Part shown: positions 1-13,101 of the stretch, piece after piece
Layout of the letters: every line of letters begins with the position of its first letter
How positions within the stretch are numbered: position 1 is the first letter of the stretch
Assembly: GCF_009914755.1 (NCBI RefSeq)
Contig: NC_060935.1
Length of the DNA: 64,000 nt
Reading direction: 5' to 3' (one strand)
Source of the DNA: the human T2T-CHM13v2.0 reference genome, Homo sapiens
Program-made: the position numbers and the translations under genes
Notes under the pieces: model-generated
Database searches by the model: none
Told to the model about the DNA's origin: nothing
Seen by the model: only the letters and a program-made list of their open reading frames with translations

Positions 1-299
1 ACCTGGAGCCTCCAGAAATTCCCGCCTCCCTGGCAACGCTGCACCCTGGCGGGGCAAGGCCAGAAGGGGCTGGGGGCTGGTGCAGGGGTGTGCGTGAGGG
101 CAGGGCCTCCCAGACAGTCACAGGCCAGCCCTGTTGGCACTGCCCAGCGGGAGGGGTGGTGTCAGGAAGAGCTGGGGAAGCCAAGGCGCCGTGGGCCGAG
201 GGGCGGCAGGACCTGGCCACCCACCGAGCCCCTGGGTCAGCGTTCTTCCTCCTCCTGGAGTTCCGTGCAAAGGGGAACGAGTTCAGCTGCCCTACTGAG

Positions 300-372
300 T
301 GGGCCTGGGGACAGAGGCAGAGTACGCACCTGCTGTGTGCCTCAGTTTCTCCATCTGCACATGGGAGACAGC
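300..372 (+). mobile_element. MIR SINE core fragment
   Basis: tgtgcctcagtttctccatctgcacatggg matches the MIR core motif. Confidence 0.5.
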
Positions 373-1519
373 AGTCCGTCTCCCAGGGCCAATGCAGGGC
401 CCGCTGCAAGGGCTGCTGAGGACTGTAATCCCAGAGGCTGCAACCGATCCCTCTGCTGCGGAGACTTTCCCTGGACCGAAAGGGCCTCCTGGTGAGGCTG
501 GGTCTCCGTTTGTGGACTCACTGTTGAGGCGTGTGGTTTGCGGTCCTGCTGTGTGCCAGGCACCGGCAGGGGTTCGGGCAGCCCTGTCTTGCTCTCTCTG
601 TCACAGTCAGGAGCGAGAAGCATGGTGTGAGCTGGGGCTGGCCTGTGGTGGTTCGCAGGTGGCCATGGGAAGCACCGCCGGGGTGTCCCTGCAGGACTGT
701 TTCGGCCCAGGAGCAGGGAGGCCTCCTTGAGGAAGTGACAGCTGAGCTGAGACCTCAAGACACAGTCACCTGGGCCACCTTCCGGCAGGGCGCTGAGCCT
801 GGCTGTACCTCGGGGAAGACGCGGCCTGGGGCCTGGGTGCCATGGGGGTGTTGACGGTTTCACCACCAGCCCGTGTGTGGGGCTCCGGGCTTCGTGAGTG
901 AGGAGAGGACTCCATGTGATGGGGAGGCCTGGCCCTCGTGAATTGGTGTTCGTTTATTTACTTTCTCCTGCTGAAAGGAAGCAGGTTTATTTTGGGGTGT
1001 GTGTCTGCTTTTGCTTTTACCCTGAGAGTTTGCCAGCCTGCTGGCTTGTTCCCCCACCCCCACCTGGTGGCGTCAGCCCCTTTATGGCTGTTCCTGAGAG
1101 ACAGGCCGGAGTCTCCAGGGCGGCCCCACGGGGGCTGGGCGTCCCCTTGGAATGTGAGTGCCTGGCCTGTTAGAGCCCCAGGACCGCTGGCCCCACCCTT
1201 CTCTGTCCCAGAGACAGTCCTGCCCCCCACCCAGGGGCCTCCCTCTGTCCACGGCTCCCCCTTTCCCAGGCCACCCCCCTAGGCCCCTTTCCTCCACCTT
1301 CATTGGCCCTGCCCTCTGTAGTGTCACCCAGGTCAGTGGGGCCCTGTCCTGCCCTGTCCTGAGGAGTGCATGTCTCTGAGCCCTGCATGGGGGGAGCCCA
1401 CCAGCTAGCAGAGGCCCAGAAGGCTCTAGACAGGCTCTAGACTGGGTCTCTAAGTCTGCAAGGGGCACCAAAGCACTTTACAAATTCCAGGAGTGAGTGA
1501 CAGGCTGGCCACGTGCCAA

Positions 1520-1650
1520 GCCCTCACCCAGCAGGCAGCCCGTGAGAAGTGTGTTGTGATCATGCACCTTCCCGAGAGGGGGAAACTGAGGTACAGAACA
1601 TGCTGGGGCTTTGCCTGAGGCCAGACGGACAGGGTGAGAACTGCCCCCCA
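1520..1650 (-). mobile_element. MIR SINE fragment
   Basis: gggaaactgaggtacaga...tttgcctgaggccagac is the reverse MIR core. Confidence 0.45.
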
Positions 1651-3699
1651 CACTCAGAGCCACGGTGCCAGCCCAGCCTTGCCAGCAGGGCAGCCACAGG
1701 ACTTCCAGGCAAGGTGACGGTGCCAGGTGGGGCCCGAGGCCCTCACTCATAGGGCATTGTCCCACATCCCCTGGAACCACTGAGACAGGCATCGTGCCAC
1801 GAGAGGGGACACCTGCCTGGACCTCTGTGTGCTCAGCCTACTGGGGGCACTGAGGCCGAGGGCCCAGCTCTGCGAGATCCTGCATGGGCTTCCTTCCAAG
1901 CCCTGGAGAGGGGAGCAGGCCTGGGAGGGCGCCCTTGGCCCAGAGCCTCCATGAAGAGCCAGGGGCCTCCTCATGGCTGGGGCCCCAGCACAGTGACCTG
2001 GGAATGGCTGTGGCCGCATGGGATGTCCCGGAGCCCCTGCCGCCCTCCTTGGAGCTGTGGGGCTGAGCTTGGGTGCTGCGCTCTCCTGACTCCATCCTTA
2101 GGTGCCTCCTCACGGGCAGGCTGGGCTCTCGAGGCTGGGCAAGGTCGGGGCCTGCAATGGCTGAAGCAGCCTCTTAGCCCATCTCTGCCTTCGGGGTGGC
2201 CACAGCGGGGAACGTGGGTCCTGCAGGCCTTGGTCCAGCTGTCTGCCTGGCCACTTTCTAATGGGGAGCCCTCAGCACAGTGACTGCCCAGCCTCAGTTT
2301 CCTCCTTCGTAGATGATCTTGACCTGAGAGTGCCAGCTGGGGTGTGACACCTCTGGGCTACCCCCTCCTCCCGCTCTTGACCACCCCTTCCTCTGGACAG
2401 ACGACCACCACATCTCCAGCCAGGACCACCCCTTCCTTCTGGGCAAATGACTACCACGTTTCCAGCCGGGGCCAGTGAGCTCTGGGAGCCAGGGCTTGGC
2501 ATGCGGCTGGAGCTCAGGTTTCTGGGCTGGCCTCTGTCCTCCCCTCGAGGCCAGCCTTGAGGAGGCTACTTCTGAAAGGAGGGAATAGAATCCCAGTGTT
2601 TCTCAGGGAGGAACGTGGGGGGACTAGAAGGCTCCCCATGCCTCCCGCCCCTTCACATGGGAGTGAAGGCACAGGCCAGCAGGAGGGCGGGGGAAACACA
2701 CTGACCAGTGGGGTGTGCGTTCCCCGCTCGCCCCCACAGTTCCTGCCATGGGCGTGACTTTGTGTGCCTCATATGGCTGGTGCCCTGGCAAGGAGCCACG
2801 GCCCAGGAGACAGACATGTGGATCTGCATTCCAGGTGGTGGGCCATCAGGGACTAATCCCCAGCATGGTGACCATAAAACAGCCCATTCCTGAGCTGCCT
2901 GTGTCTGAATGCAGGAAAAACAAACAGGTCTGCAGGGAGGGGCCGTTTCCTTGTTAACTTGAGGATGAGGGTCTGGGGCCGGGTCTGGGCAGACAGGCAG
3001 ACCAGGCGAAGGTGGGGTCCTGGAGCTGCGTCCTGCTGTATGTGTGCTCTCCACGGTGGGCAGACACCCAGGGGCACTTCTGGGGCTGGCCTTTCTCTCC
3101 CTCTCGGGGCACCCCTGCCTTCTACTGACCACCCAGCCAGCCAGCAGGAGCCCACGTGCACCCAGCTCAGCCCCAGGAGGTGACACCCCCACCCTCAGCA
3201 GCTCTCGTCTGTTTGGGGGCAGGTTTGGAAGGTGGTCTCGGGTGTCCTTACGCGAGCAGGTGGCTACCTCACCTGCTCACCTGACCCCAACTCCACTCTG
3301 ACTTCCAGGCCAGCCCCACTCCATTCCACCTTCATCATGCAGTTTCTGTATTAGATTTTTAAATAATCAAAATATGGTATTTTCATTTAAAAAGTAATGA
3401 TTTTAAAATATATTAAAATAATTTAATGTTGTTATTAGAACAATGTTTAATATGCCAGCCCGTGCCATTTGTCTTGATGCCTGGGTTTGCTGGCGCCCCT
3501 TACGCTTGGCACGCAAGGCAGGAGCTCCCCACTGGCCTCCCCCAACTGCTTGCCGCCCAGCCCCCCTCAGGCCAATTCCTGCCTCTCAGCCTATCTTGGG
3601 TTTGTCCTCGGCTGCCTCGGGAGGCAGCCGTGCCCAGGCCTCTTGGTCTCAGGGCCCCTTGGTGCCCCTGACGGAGAAGCCTGGCTCGTGGGCATTGTG

Positions 3700-3870
3700 C
3701 CATCACTATTTAATACAGTGGAGGCATGTAAAAACAATTCCATATTAATTTATTAAAATAATAGACCCATTACATTTTCATAAATAATGTCATGAAAAAT
3801 TTCTATATTTTCCAAAACAAATATTATCGAAAGAAAAATATGCATTTTTGCAAATCTCCAGAAAGCCTGG
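3700..3870. mobile_element. hAT-Charlie1-like DNA transposon fragment (AT-rich island)
   Basis: ttattaaaataatagacccattaca...tatattttccaaaacaaa...tttttgcaaatctc resembles recalled Charlie1 internal sequence. Confidence 0.4.
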
Positions 3871-5044
3871 CTCCCCAGAGGACGGGGATCCCCACGCCTG
3901 TCCCGGAACTGTCTGTGAAGAGCAACGTCCCACTGCTTACGCTTGGGTGGGAGCAGGAGTGCCTGTTAGTGCCCCCCAGCCACAGAGAGTGCTGCCGTCC
4001 CTGAGCCCAGCCCCAGCAGATCATCAGCACACATTTGCCTGGGGAACACAGACAGCCCTGTCCTGGACGCAGCCCTTCAACCCTGCTTCTCATACCTGAC
4101 CCCCACCTTGGGCGCTGGTCTGCCACACCCCACCACCCCTGCTTTCTTCAGCCTGACCTTGTCCTCCCGGACCCAGTGCTAGGAGGATGTCCAGGCGGGG
4201 TGGGACTTGGGCCTGCGCTGGGCTGCTCCTCAAGTCTCGGGCTGCACGTGCCAGCCAGGCAGACGGTGCTGAGAGGGGCCCTTCTGCAGAGCGGAGGCAG
4301 AGCCCGGAGTGGAGGGGTGAGCACTGCCTCAGGGCATTGGCAGGGGCTGCGCCAGCCCAGGCACAGGTCTGAGGGATGAATAGGAGGTTGCTGGATGAAC
4401 AAGTAGGAATCAGCATGTTCATACTGAAGGGGTGAGTGTCCCCCCAAAAAATCTGGATTAGACAGACTCTGGAGCCCTCTTGCTCCAGGTTGCAGGGGCC
4501 CTCCGAGCTCAAGGCCAGGATAGGCCAGGGTCCCTGCCCTGCCCAGGCCCTTCTAGGCCCGTTTCTGGGCCACCTGTGTGTGCTTTCTTGGACTTGCTGT
4601 AGACTTGGTAAACAGTGGATGTGCTGGGACCCTGGGCTGAGCCCCTTTGGGCTGAGAGCTCACCAGGTGGAAGTCACTCCCCAGGGCAGGACTGGCACAG
4701 GGTCTCCGATGCCCCGCCCACTTTGCAGCCCTGTGTCTGCCTCTGCAACTCCCCACCCCAGTGCACCTGGGCCCTCTGGGGAAGGTAGCGGCAGCCCAGC
4801 CTGTGCATGTGGGTGCAGGCCCTCTGGGGAGGACACCCTGCAGACGAGGGGCTCCGGTTCCCCCAGGGCCCCCCTCTCTGCCAGCCACTGTCAGCCTCAC
4901 CCATGGCCTGGCTTCACCCTGCAGGGACCCGGCTGCGCTCCGTGTGCCTGCGCTGTGCGTTCAAGGTGTCTGCACCTGAATGTGCCCTGAGAGTGTCAGG
5001 CTCGGACATGGGGACCAGCTCCCTTTTCACATGACCTTGTCATC

Positions 5045-5260
5045 TGTGTGACGCACGTGCGTGTGCCGGGTCGTGTGTTTCCGTGTGTGTGTGCACAAGC
5101 ACAGACACGTGCACGTGTGGAGCATCCCATCTCTGCATGGGGCACGCTTGTGAGTGTGCGCCCACATACACAGAGCCGGGTGGTCCACTGAAAGGGCCTG
5201 GCAGTAAACAGCTTCCTGTGCACATTGTGTGTGTGGCAGGGGCATGGGGGCATGTGTGTG
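5045..5260. repeat. Degenerate (TG/CA)-rich low-complexity tract
   Basis: Alternating purine-pyrimidine runs such as gtgtgtgtgtgcacaagcacagacacgtgcacgtgtgg. Confidence 0.6.
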
Positions 5261-6777
5261 TCTCTTAAGGACAGTGGCGCTGCAGGGAGAGCTCCGTGTG
5301 CAGCTGTGGGAGGTAGCCTGCAAGCAGCCTCTGCAGAAGCATCCTGGCCATAAGCGAACGTGCGGTCAGGGCACTAGTGGGGCAGGGGCCTGGGTGGCGG
5401 CCAGGGCTCAGCAGAGGCCTGTCCCGCCCTGTGGCCTGGCGGCGGTGGCTGGCGTTCATCACTGTTCGTTAACGTGCTCATCGGTACAGCCTGGTTTCCC
5501 GCAATGTGGCCGCTTCTGCTACCTGAGCCTCCGAGCCTCCTGCTGTGGCAGTTCTGGGCAGTCGCGTGAGCCGTGTGCACCTGCCTCTCTGTCCGCGTGT
5601 GCGCCTGTGCACCCCTGCCCGGGGGTGGCCATGGGGCTTCTCCCCACCCTCCCTCCTCCTCAGTGGCTGGTGGAAACCACAGGGTGGCCCAGGGACCCTG
5701 GTCTCGTGGGGGCTCAGGTGGGCCGGGGTTTGTTCTTGCCTTCCATCAGAGTGTGTTAAACAGGCCTCAGGCCTTCCTGCCATCAGCACTGGGCCCATAG
5801 GGCTGGGAATCCAGTGGGGGTCTCCATGTGGTTCCCAGCTGGGGCATTCCTGGGCCTGCAAGCGGTGGCCGTCACTTGACCTTGACCAGAAGCCCCAAGC
5901 CGGTAAATGCTGTGCTGTCCTGAGTGTGGTGCCCAGAGCAGGGCTGCAAAGACCTCCCGCAGCCACAGCCATGGTCTGGGCCACCATGCCTGCTGTCCAG
6001 ATGAGCCCAGGCAGGAGCCTGTGTGTCCACAGGGTGAGCTGTGCCTGAGGGCCACTCTGGGTCTCCTTGTTGGGCTCAGCGCCAGCTCCTGAAGAACCCA
6101 GCAGGCAGCCTGCACGGACCAGGCCCAGCCAGGGTAGGCTCCTACGTCCTGCAGAATGACATTTCCAGGCTCAGACTGGAATCCCCAGGAAGCAAACCTC
6201 AGATGCCAGCGCGGGGGAAAGGGTGGGGGGAGCCTTCTATTGTCCCACCACACGTCCTGGACGGATGGCTCTCCCACCAAGAAGAAGGCTTGAGCTGCAT
6301 CTTGTACTCTCAGAAAAGAGGAAAATAAAACATCTGGTGCCCTGGAGTGGCGTCAGGAAGCAGCGCGTCATCCCAGCCCCTGCTCTTTGTTGACGACCAG
6401 CCTCAGTGGGAGCTCCCGGTCTCCTGGGGGCCGGCGCACAGCAACGTCGGTGGCCCAGGGGCCCAGCCTCCTGGGGACAGGCAGGCAGATGAGGCAGCCG
6501 GTGTGGGGCGAGCTCCCAGGCCCACGTTCCCAGCCAGCAGGCCTGGCCCTTCGTGGGTGCTGGGCTCCTTGCATGTGCTGGTGGGACATACCTTGTGTGT
6601 GACGCCGAGAGCCTGGGAGACATGTGCCATCCCGCGGCTCTGTTCCTGGTGCTTTCGCCGAGTCACACGGGGTCGTCCTGGTGGTCAGGGTCTCTTGCCG
6701 GCCTCTCCGCTCATCAGAGTGGTGGGTTTGGGTTAGGCAGTTGGCCCTCCCGAGGCTCCAGTCCCATCCGTGGCTGA

Positions 6778-7317
<540 letters not shown>

Positions 7318-7339
7318 TGATGTGTCTAGTTCACAATGC

Positions 7340-8110
7340 CTGTATGTGGGTGTGTGTGTGTGTGTTATGTGCGTATGTGCATAATATGTGTTTGTGTTGT
7401 GTGTGTATAATTTTATGTTACCTGTATACTATGGGTATGTGTATATGTATCACATGGGTGTGTATGTACTGTATGTGTGCGTGCATACTGTGTATACATA
7501 TTGTATGTGCATATGTTGTATTTAGTATGTGTGCTGTGTTGTGTGCACATGTATGCATTATACATGTATATCAGTATGTTTGCATATGTGTATTTATGTA
7601 TCTGTGTCACAGGTATGTATCCTATACATCTATGTGCTGTATATGTGTGTGCACATGACATGTAGACATGTGTTAGTATGTGCTTGTGTTAGTGTTTGTG
7701 TGTTAGTGTGGGTTAGTGTATGTTTTAGTGTATGTTAGTGTGTTTGTGTGTTAGTGTGTGGGTTTGTGTTTGTGTTTCTGTGTTAGTGTGTGTGTTAGTG
7801 TGCGTTAGTTTGTGTTTGTGTGTGTATGTTAGTGTATGTTAGTGTTAGTGTGTGTTAGTATGTGGGTTAGTGTGTGTGTTTGTGTGTTAGTGTGTGTGTT
7901 AGTATGTGTTTGTGTTAGTGTGTTAGTGTGTATTTGTGTGTGTTAGTGTTTGTGTGTGTTTGTGGGTTAGTGTGTGTTAGTGTGGGTTACTGTGTGTTAG
8001 TGTTTGTGTGTTAGTGTGTTTTTGTGTGTGTTAGTGTGTGGGTTAGTGTTTGTGTGTGTGTCAGTGTGTGTGTGTTAGTGTGCATATCTATTGTGTGTGT
8101 GTGTGCATCA
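7340..8110 (+). repeat. Compound simple repeat: (TG/TA)n, then (TGTGTTAG)n-like
   Basis: Seen directly: about 330 nt of tgtatg-type repeat followed by about 430 nt of gtgtgttag variants. Confidence 0.95.
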
Positions 8111-8584
8111 CACATGCACGTGCACCACGTGATCTCCTCTGTAGACAGGGAGTTCCCTAGCTTCAGGGTGGGTCCTTTGCATCCCATCAACCGTCCTTGG
8201 GCGAGGCAGCAGCAGGGTCCTCCTCAGCTGAGGACTGCCTTCTCACTTGCGACCCCAATCCCAGTGCCCAGTATGACCCCTTCCTGGGCACATACAGATG
8301 GACCAGCCCACCTGGCCCCCAGAATGGTCCCTGGGAATGGGTTAGAGCGGCTGCAGCCCTGCCCCATGGGACTGGGCCCCTTGCTGGATAAGACCTGGGG
8401 TATAAGTTCTGCCCCCCATGCTGGCCCAGGACAGGCAGGCTGGGCCCGAGGTGGGACTTGGGGGGGCTTCCAGCACTGACCATACCTGGCCTTCCCACAA
8501 CGGTGACCGGTAACCACGTCCTGAGGCTGCACCCAGCTGGCAGTGGCCTGTGTGGACGGGAGCCTCCTGTCCATTCCTTCCCAG

Positions 8585-8680
8585 GGGATTCTTGGCTCGG
8601 GGTTTGCCCTGAAGGTGCAGCAGAAGCAGAGGCAGAAGCACTTCAACCGGCAGATCCCGGCGGCAGCCTCACTCATTCAG
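8585..8680 (+). CDS. KCNQ1: KCNQ1 exon 8 (96 nt): [32 protein letters not shown]; S6 end and start of calmodulin-binding helix A
   Basis: Acceptor ccattccttcccag|GGG and donor CAG|gtgcgg. The peptide is visible in ORF 8543..8839 and continues exon 7 in frame (PA|G). Confidence 0.98.
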
Positions 8681-10813
8681 GTGCGGTGCCTGCAAGGCCC
8701 TGGTCACTGTCATTTTGGTCACTGTTATTGTTGCATCCAGCCCTCACGGCCACCTGTCAGAACCATCATTGGCCCCTGCATCAGCTTGGCTGGCCTGTGG
8801 GGCATACTCTGCTTGTGGAAGCCTTGGCTGCTGTGGTGATGGGGTGAGCACGGGGCATTGGAGCCTGTCTTCCTCCAAAGCTGCTCCCATCAAGGGCCAT
8901 GCCCTGTGGGCTGGAGAGGAGGCACGGCCGTGGCCATGCCAGGAGTGGACGTGGTTGGCTCTGAGGCTCCCTTGTGCTCCCATTCTCCCTCCCACTGCAC
9001 AACAACCTGAGGGCTGAGTCTGGGAGTGGGGTGGCCAGGTGATTGTCCCCAAGGGAGGTAGGACCCAGCTGTGCAGTTGGTGCCTTCTGGAGGGCCTGGC
9101 ATCCCTCAGGGCTCGGGAGGCCCTGGTGCCTGGAGGTGAGGACTGGCGATGGATGGCATGGGCCTCCCTCTGGGCTCACAAGGCCAGTGGGCTGGGAAAG
9201 GCAGAGCCCTGGAGCAACAGGGGCAGGAAGGTTCTGGAGGCAGGTGGGGAGGCAGGCAGTACCAAGCTCTGGGATGCTGGGCTCTGGCTCTGTCACTCCA
9301 GGCTCTCCAGGACCCACCAGAGAATGGGACTGCTCTGTTAACGTAAGCAAGGACTTGGCACAGGAGTCACTTGAGAATTGCGTCCCTGTGGGTCTCTCTT
9401 GTTGGCCACTGCAGGGCCAGGGCTGCCCTGAGGAACAGCCGCTGAGGTGCCCAGAGGGTGGGCGTTGCCGGGTTGAATGACAAGTGCCCACTGGGGATAG
9501 GGCCTCCACCCAGTGCAGTGGCTGGGAGCACAGTGTCAGTTCCTCTGGGCACACTGGGCCTGATGTCCCCCAGGAAGGCCCAGGACCTGGGCAGCCCCCG
9601 CTGGCTGGCGTCCCCCCTGCAGTCCTCGTGAGCTCGCTGCCCCAGGCAAGGCCCAGGCTGTCAGGGGCCAGTCGCAGTCCTCCTGCACTCCTGGCTCAGC
9701 CATCGGGGGGGCTGTGTGCTCCCACCCTTAGCCTGGTTTTATGGCTTCACAGTTTCTCCTTCCTGGGAGACCATAAATCAGGCCCGTAAACCCGCCTTGG
9801 TCCCAGCATGAGCATGCTGGCCGCCCACGCCTGGCAGGGGACCACATTGGATTCCTGGTCCCACTCCCTGGGAACCACAGGTCCTTTGAAAGGGGTTCCC
9901 TCGGAAGCTGCACACACTGTGGGAGGACTGGAGTAGGGGCCCCAGGTGGCAGGTGTGCACAGGAGCAGGGCAGGGGTCATGGGGTTTGCCAGAGTTGGGG
10001 GACCACGTGGAGTGCTCAGCCTGTGTGTGTAACACTCGGGCCTTGGAAGGCTGGGCTTGTGCCCTCGCCTGCCTGTCCCTGGGTGCTGGATGGGAGTGAG
10101 GGCTGCAGGTGCCCCTCGCCAGCTGCTGTGTCTACCTGGGGCTGTCACCCAGGAGCCCATCAGTGTGGGGGAACATTCTCCACTCGGCCCTCTCTCAGGC
10201 TCATGTGGCCAGTGATGACAAGGCCACCAGGACATGTCCTCATACAAGGCCCTGGGAGCCCCTCCTGCCCATCTGGACGCTGCACAACTGCTCCCCCGCC
10301 GGGTCCCCTGCCGATAGTGTCCCCTCCTCCCACCCTTCCCTTGTGGTGCTGCCATGGGGTCTCTCTGAAATGCTGGCTTCAGAGCTGCACCCATGTGCCA
10401 TCAGAGGCTCCCCCAACTGCAAGGTGGTATAGGCCTCTGGGAGAGACCTCACCTCCTGCCAGCCCTAGGGATCCTGCCTCTCCCTGCCCCCTGCTCAGCA
10501 CCTGCAGGTCCTGGGCGACCCCTCTTTCTCAGCCCTTCCTCACTGTGTGGCCACTGGTTGCCCATTTCCGCATTGGTCTCCTATGCACGCTGTGTACCCT
10601 GGCACCTGGGGATGATGTGCGACCTGCCCACCTTTGCAAGTCTCTCCTTTGGCTCAAGGCTGGCTCAGGGCTGGTAAAGACCTCTGTGGTGTCCCAGCTG
10701 TGGGTAACAATTAGCCCATGAGGCAGTGAGCTGCCTGGTGCAGCAAGGGACCAAGCCAGGCTGCCTGGGCAGAGGGTCTGGGAGCTGGGACCATGTCAAG
10801 CCTGTGACTCTGA

Positions 10814-11104
<291 letters not shown>

Positions 11105-12085
11105 TAGCAGGTGGGGAGGCCGTGGGGGCCGCAGCACGAGGCTGGGATCTCACCATGCATTTGGCTTGGTACAGCCTGTGTCAGGGAGTCAGCATCGTTC
11201 GGGACACTGGGCCATACACCCGATGCTAGGTTCCTGCCATCCCAATGTCCCCCGACTTGGGGGTATGTAGGACCGGTCATTCCAGGGCCAGGGCATGAGA
11301 GCTCCAGAGATAGAGCTCTGGGAGCAGGACGGGCTGGAAAGAAGGCTCTTCAGAGGGCCTCAGGGTTGGGCTTTCCACACCGGGCGCAGTGGGTGGTGAG
11401 CAGTGGGCAGGGGGCCGCGCGCAGTGGGTGGTGGGAGGGGAGCAGCAGGGGAGGGAGGTGAGGCAGGGGTGCAGCGAAGGGGGTCTGGAGGTCACAGGGC
11501 AGTGGAGTTTGGCAGGCGCTGGGCAGAAGTCTTGTGACATGGCTGGGGTCATAAGGGGTTGGGGCTGACGCTGGCATGGTTCCCCTTCCTGGCCCGTGCC
11601 CACCCCCTGTGGAGAGACCTGGCCTTCCCAGTTTCCAGCTGCCGGTGGAGCCTCCGTGCCTACTGTTCCCTGTGCTGGAATGTTCCCCCAGATTTCCACA
11701 CAGCCTGCTCCCTCACTTCAGGCGCCCTCTTCATGCCCTGCTGGCCCCCAGCCTGTTCCCCCGATATGCATTCTCCCCTACTGGTCACAGCCCCTGTTAC
11801 CACCTCCACTGGCACCATCTTGTACGTTTATCTGCTTCCTGCTGTCCTGTTAGCGAGGCCGTGAGCTCACAGGGCAGCACCTGGGCCAAGCCCCCCACGT
11901 GACCCCCAGCAGCCCTGCCCTGTCTCTGTGTGAAGACACTGGAGCTGGCCCCAGGCCTCAGGTCCCTGTCCGGGTGTATGTGGCGGGGGCTGGGCTCGGG
12001 GCGGCTGCACAGGCACTCTGGGGCCGGCGTAGGGCCTGGCAGACGATGTCCAGGAACCGCTAATCTGTTGTCTTGTTTTTTTTAG

Positions 12086-12343
<258 letters not shown>

Positions 12344-12906
12344 TGAACAGACAGAGGGTGGAGCTTCTAGAAACTTCTGTAAACCTTCCAGGTGCCTTCC
12401 CCTCAGAGTCTTCCCAAGGAGGAGCTGGCCACGCCTTCTGTTGCGAGAGGAAGCCTGGGCAGGTGATGGGGTGGGTCGGCTCCATCCGGCTGTACTGAGG
12501 GAAGGGTGTGTTCCTGATTCCAGCTGCCTGGCTTCCTCCCAGCCGAGCCCACGGGCTGTGGTTGGAAAGTGGCTAGGGTGACCTCTGGGCCTACTGGCAG
12601 GGACGCCATAGGGAAGGGGTTTGGGGATGGGGCCCTGGAGGAGCAGCACCAGGCCCGGGTAAAACGTGGGGGGCCTGACGGGACAGGCCCTTCTCATGCA
12701 GCCCAGGGGCCCCGAGTCTGTGCGTGATGGTGTGGCTCGGATCTGCGTCCCTCCTCTCACCCCTGCAGCGGGGGCTGGGATGAAGCTACCTTCTGCGGGA
12801 CCTGACGATTGGATGGCAGACCTGTCTAGGGTTTAGATGTCCTCCATCCCTGGTGAGGGGTTTTACCCACGCTAACTCGTAAGCGTGGCTCTTTGACAGA
12901 TGTGGA

Positions 12907-13062
12907 GAGCGAGGCCCTAGAGGCTGGGCTCGTGTGCTCCAGCCACATGGCGGGAATACAGCAGTGCCCGGTTGTGGCTCCCACGAGTGAGGCCCTGGAG
13001 GCTGGGCCCATGTGCTTCAGCCACACGGCAGGAACACAGCAGTGTCTGGTTGTGGCCCCCCC
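12907..13062. repeat. Tandem duplication, 2 x 78 bp
   Basis: gagcgaggccctagaggctgggctcgtg... at 12907 and gagtgaggccctggaggctgggcccatg... at 12985. It also shows as a 26-aa repeat in ORF 12893..13108. Confidence 0.92.
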
Positions 13063-13101
13063 ATGCCTCCCGCCAACTTCTGCTGTTCCCAGAAGTGCAG
13101 C

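Noticed and set aside
1058-1076. CTCF-like motif ccacctggtggcgtc
   Set aside because: It mismatches a core position, and such hits are common in GC-rich DNA. It cannot be supported without ChIP data.
7700-8050. Interstitial telomeric repeat (GGGTTAG occurrences)
   Set aside because: Only isolated GGGTTAG variants inside a TGTGTTAG repeat, with no tandem TTAGGG.
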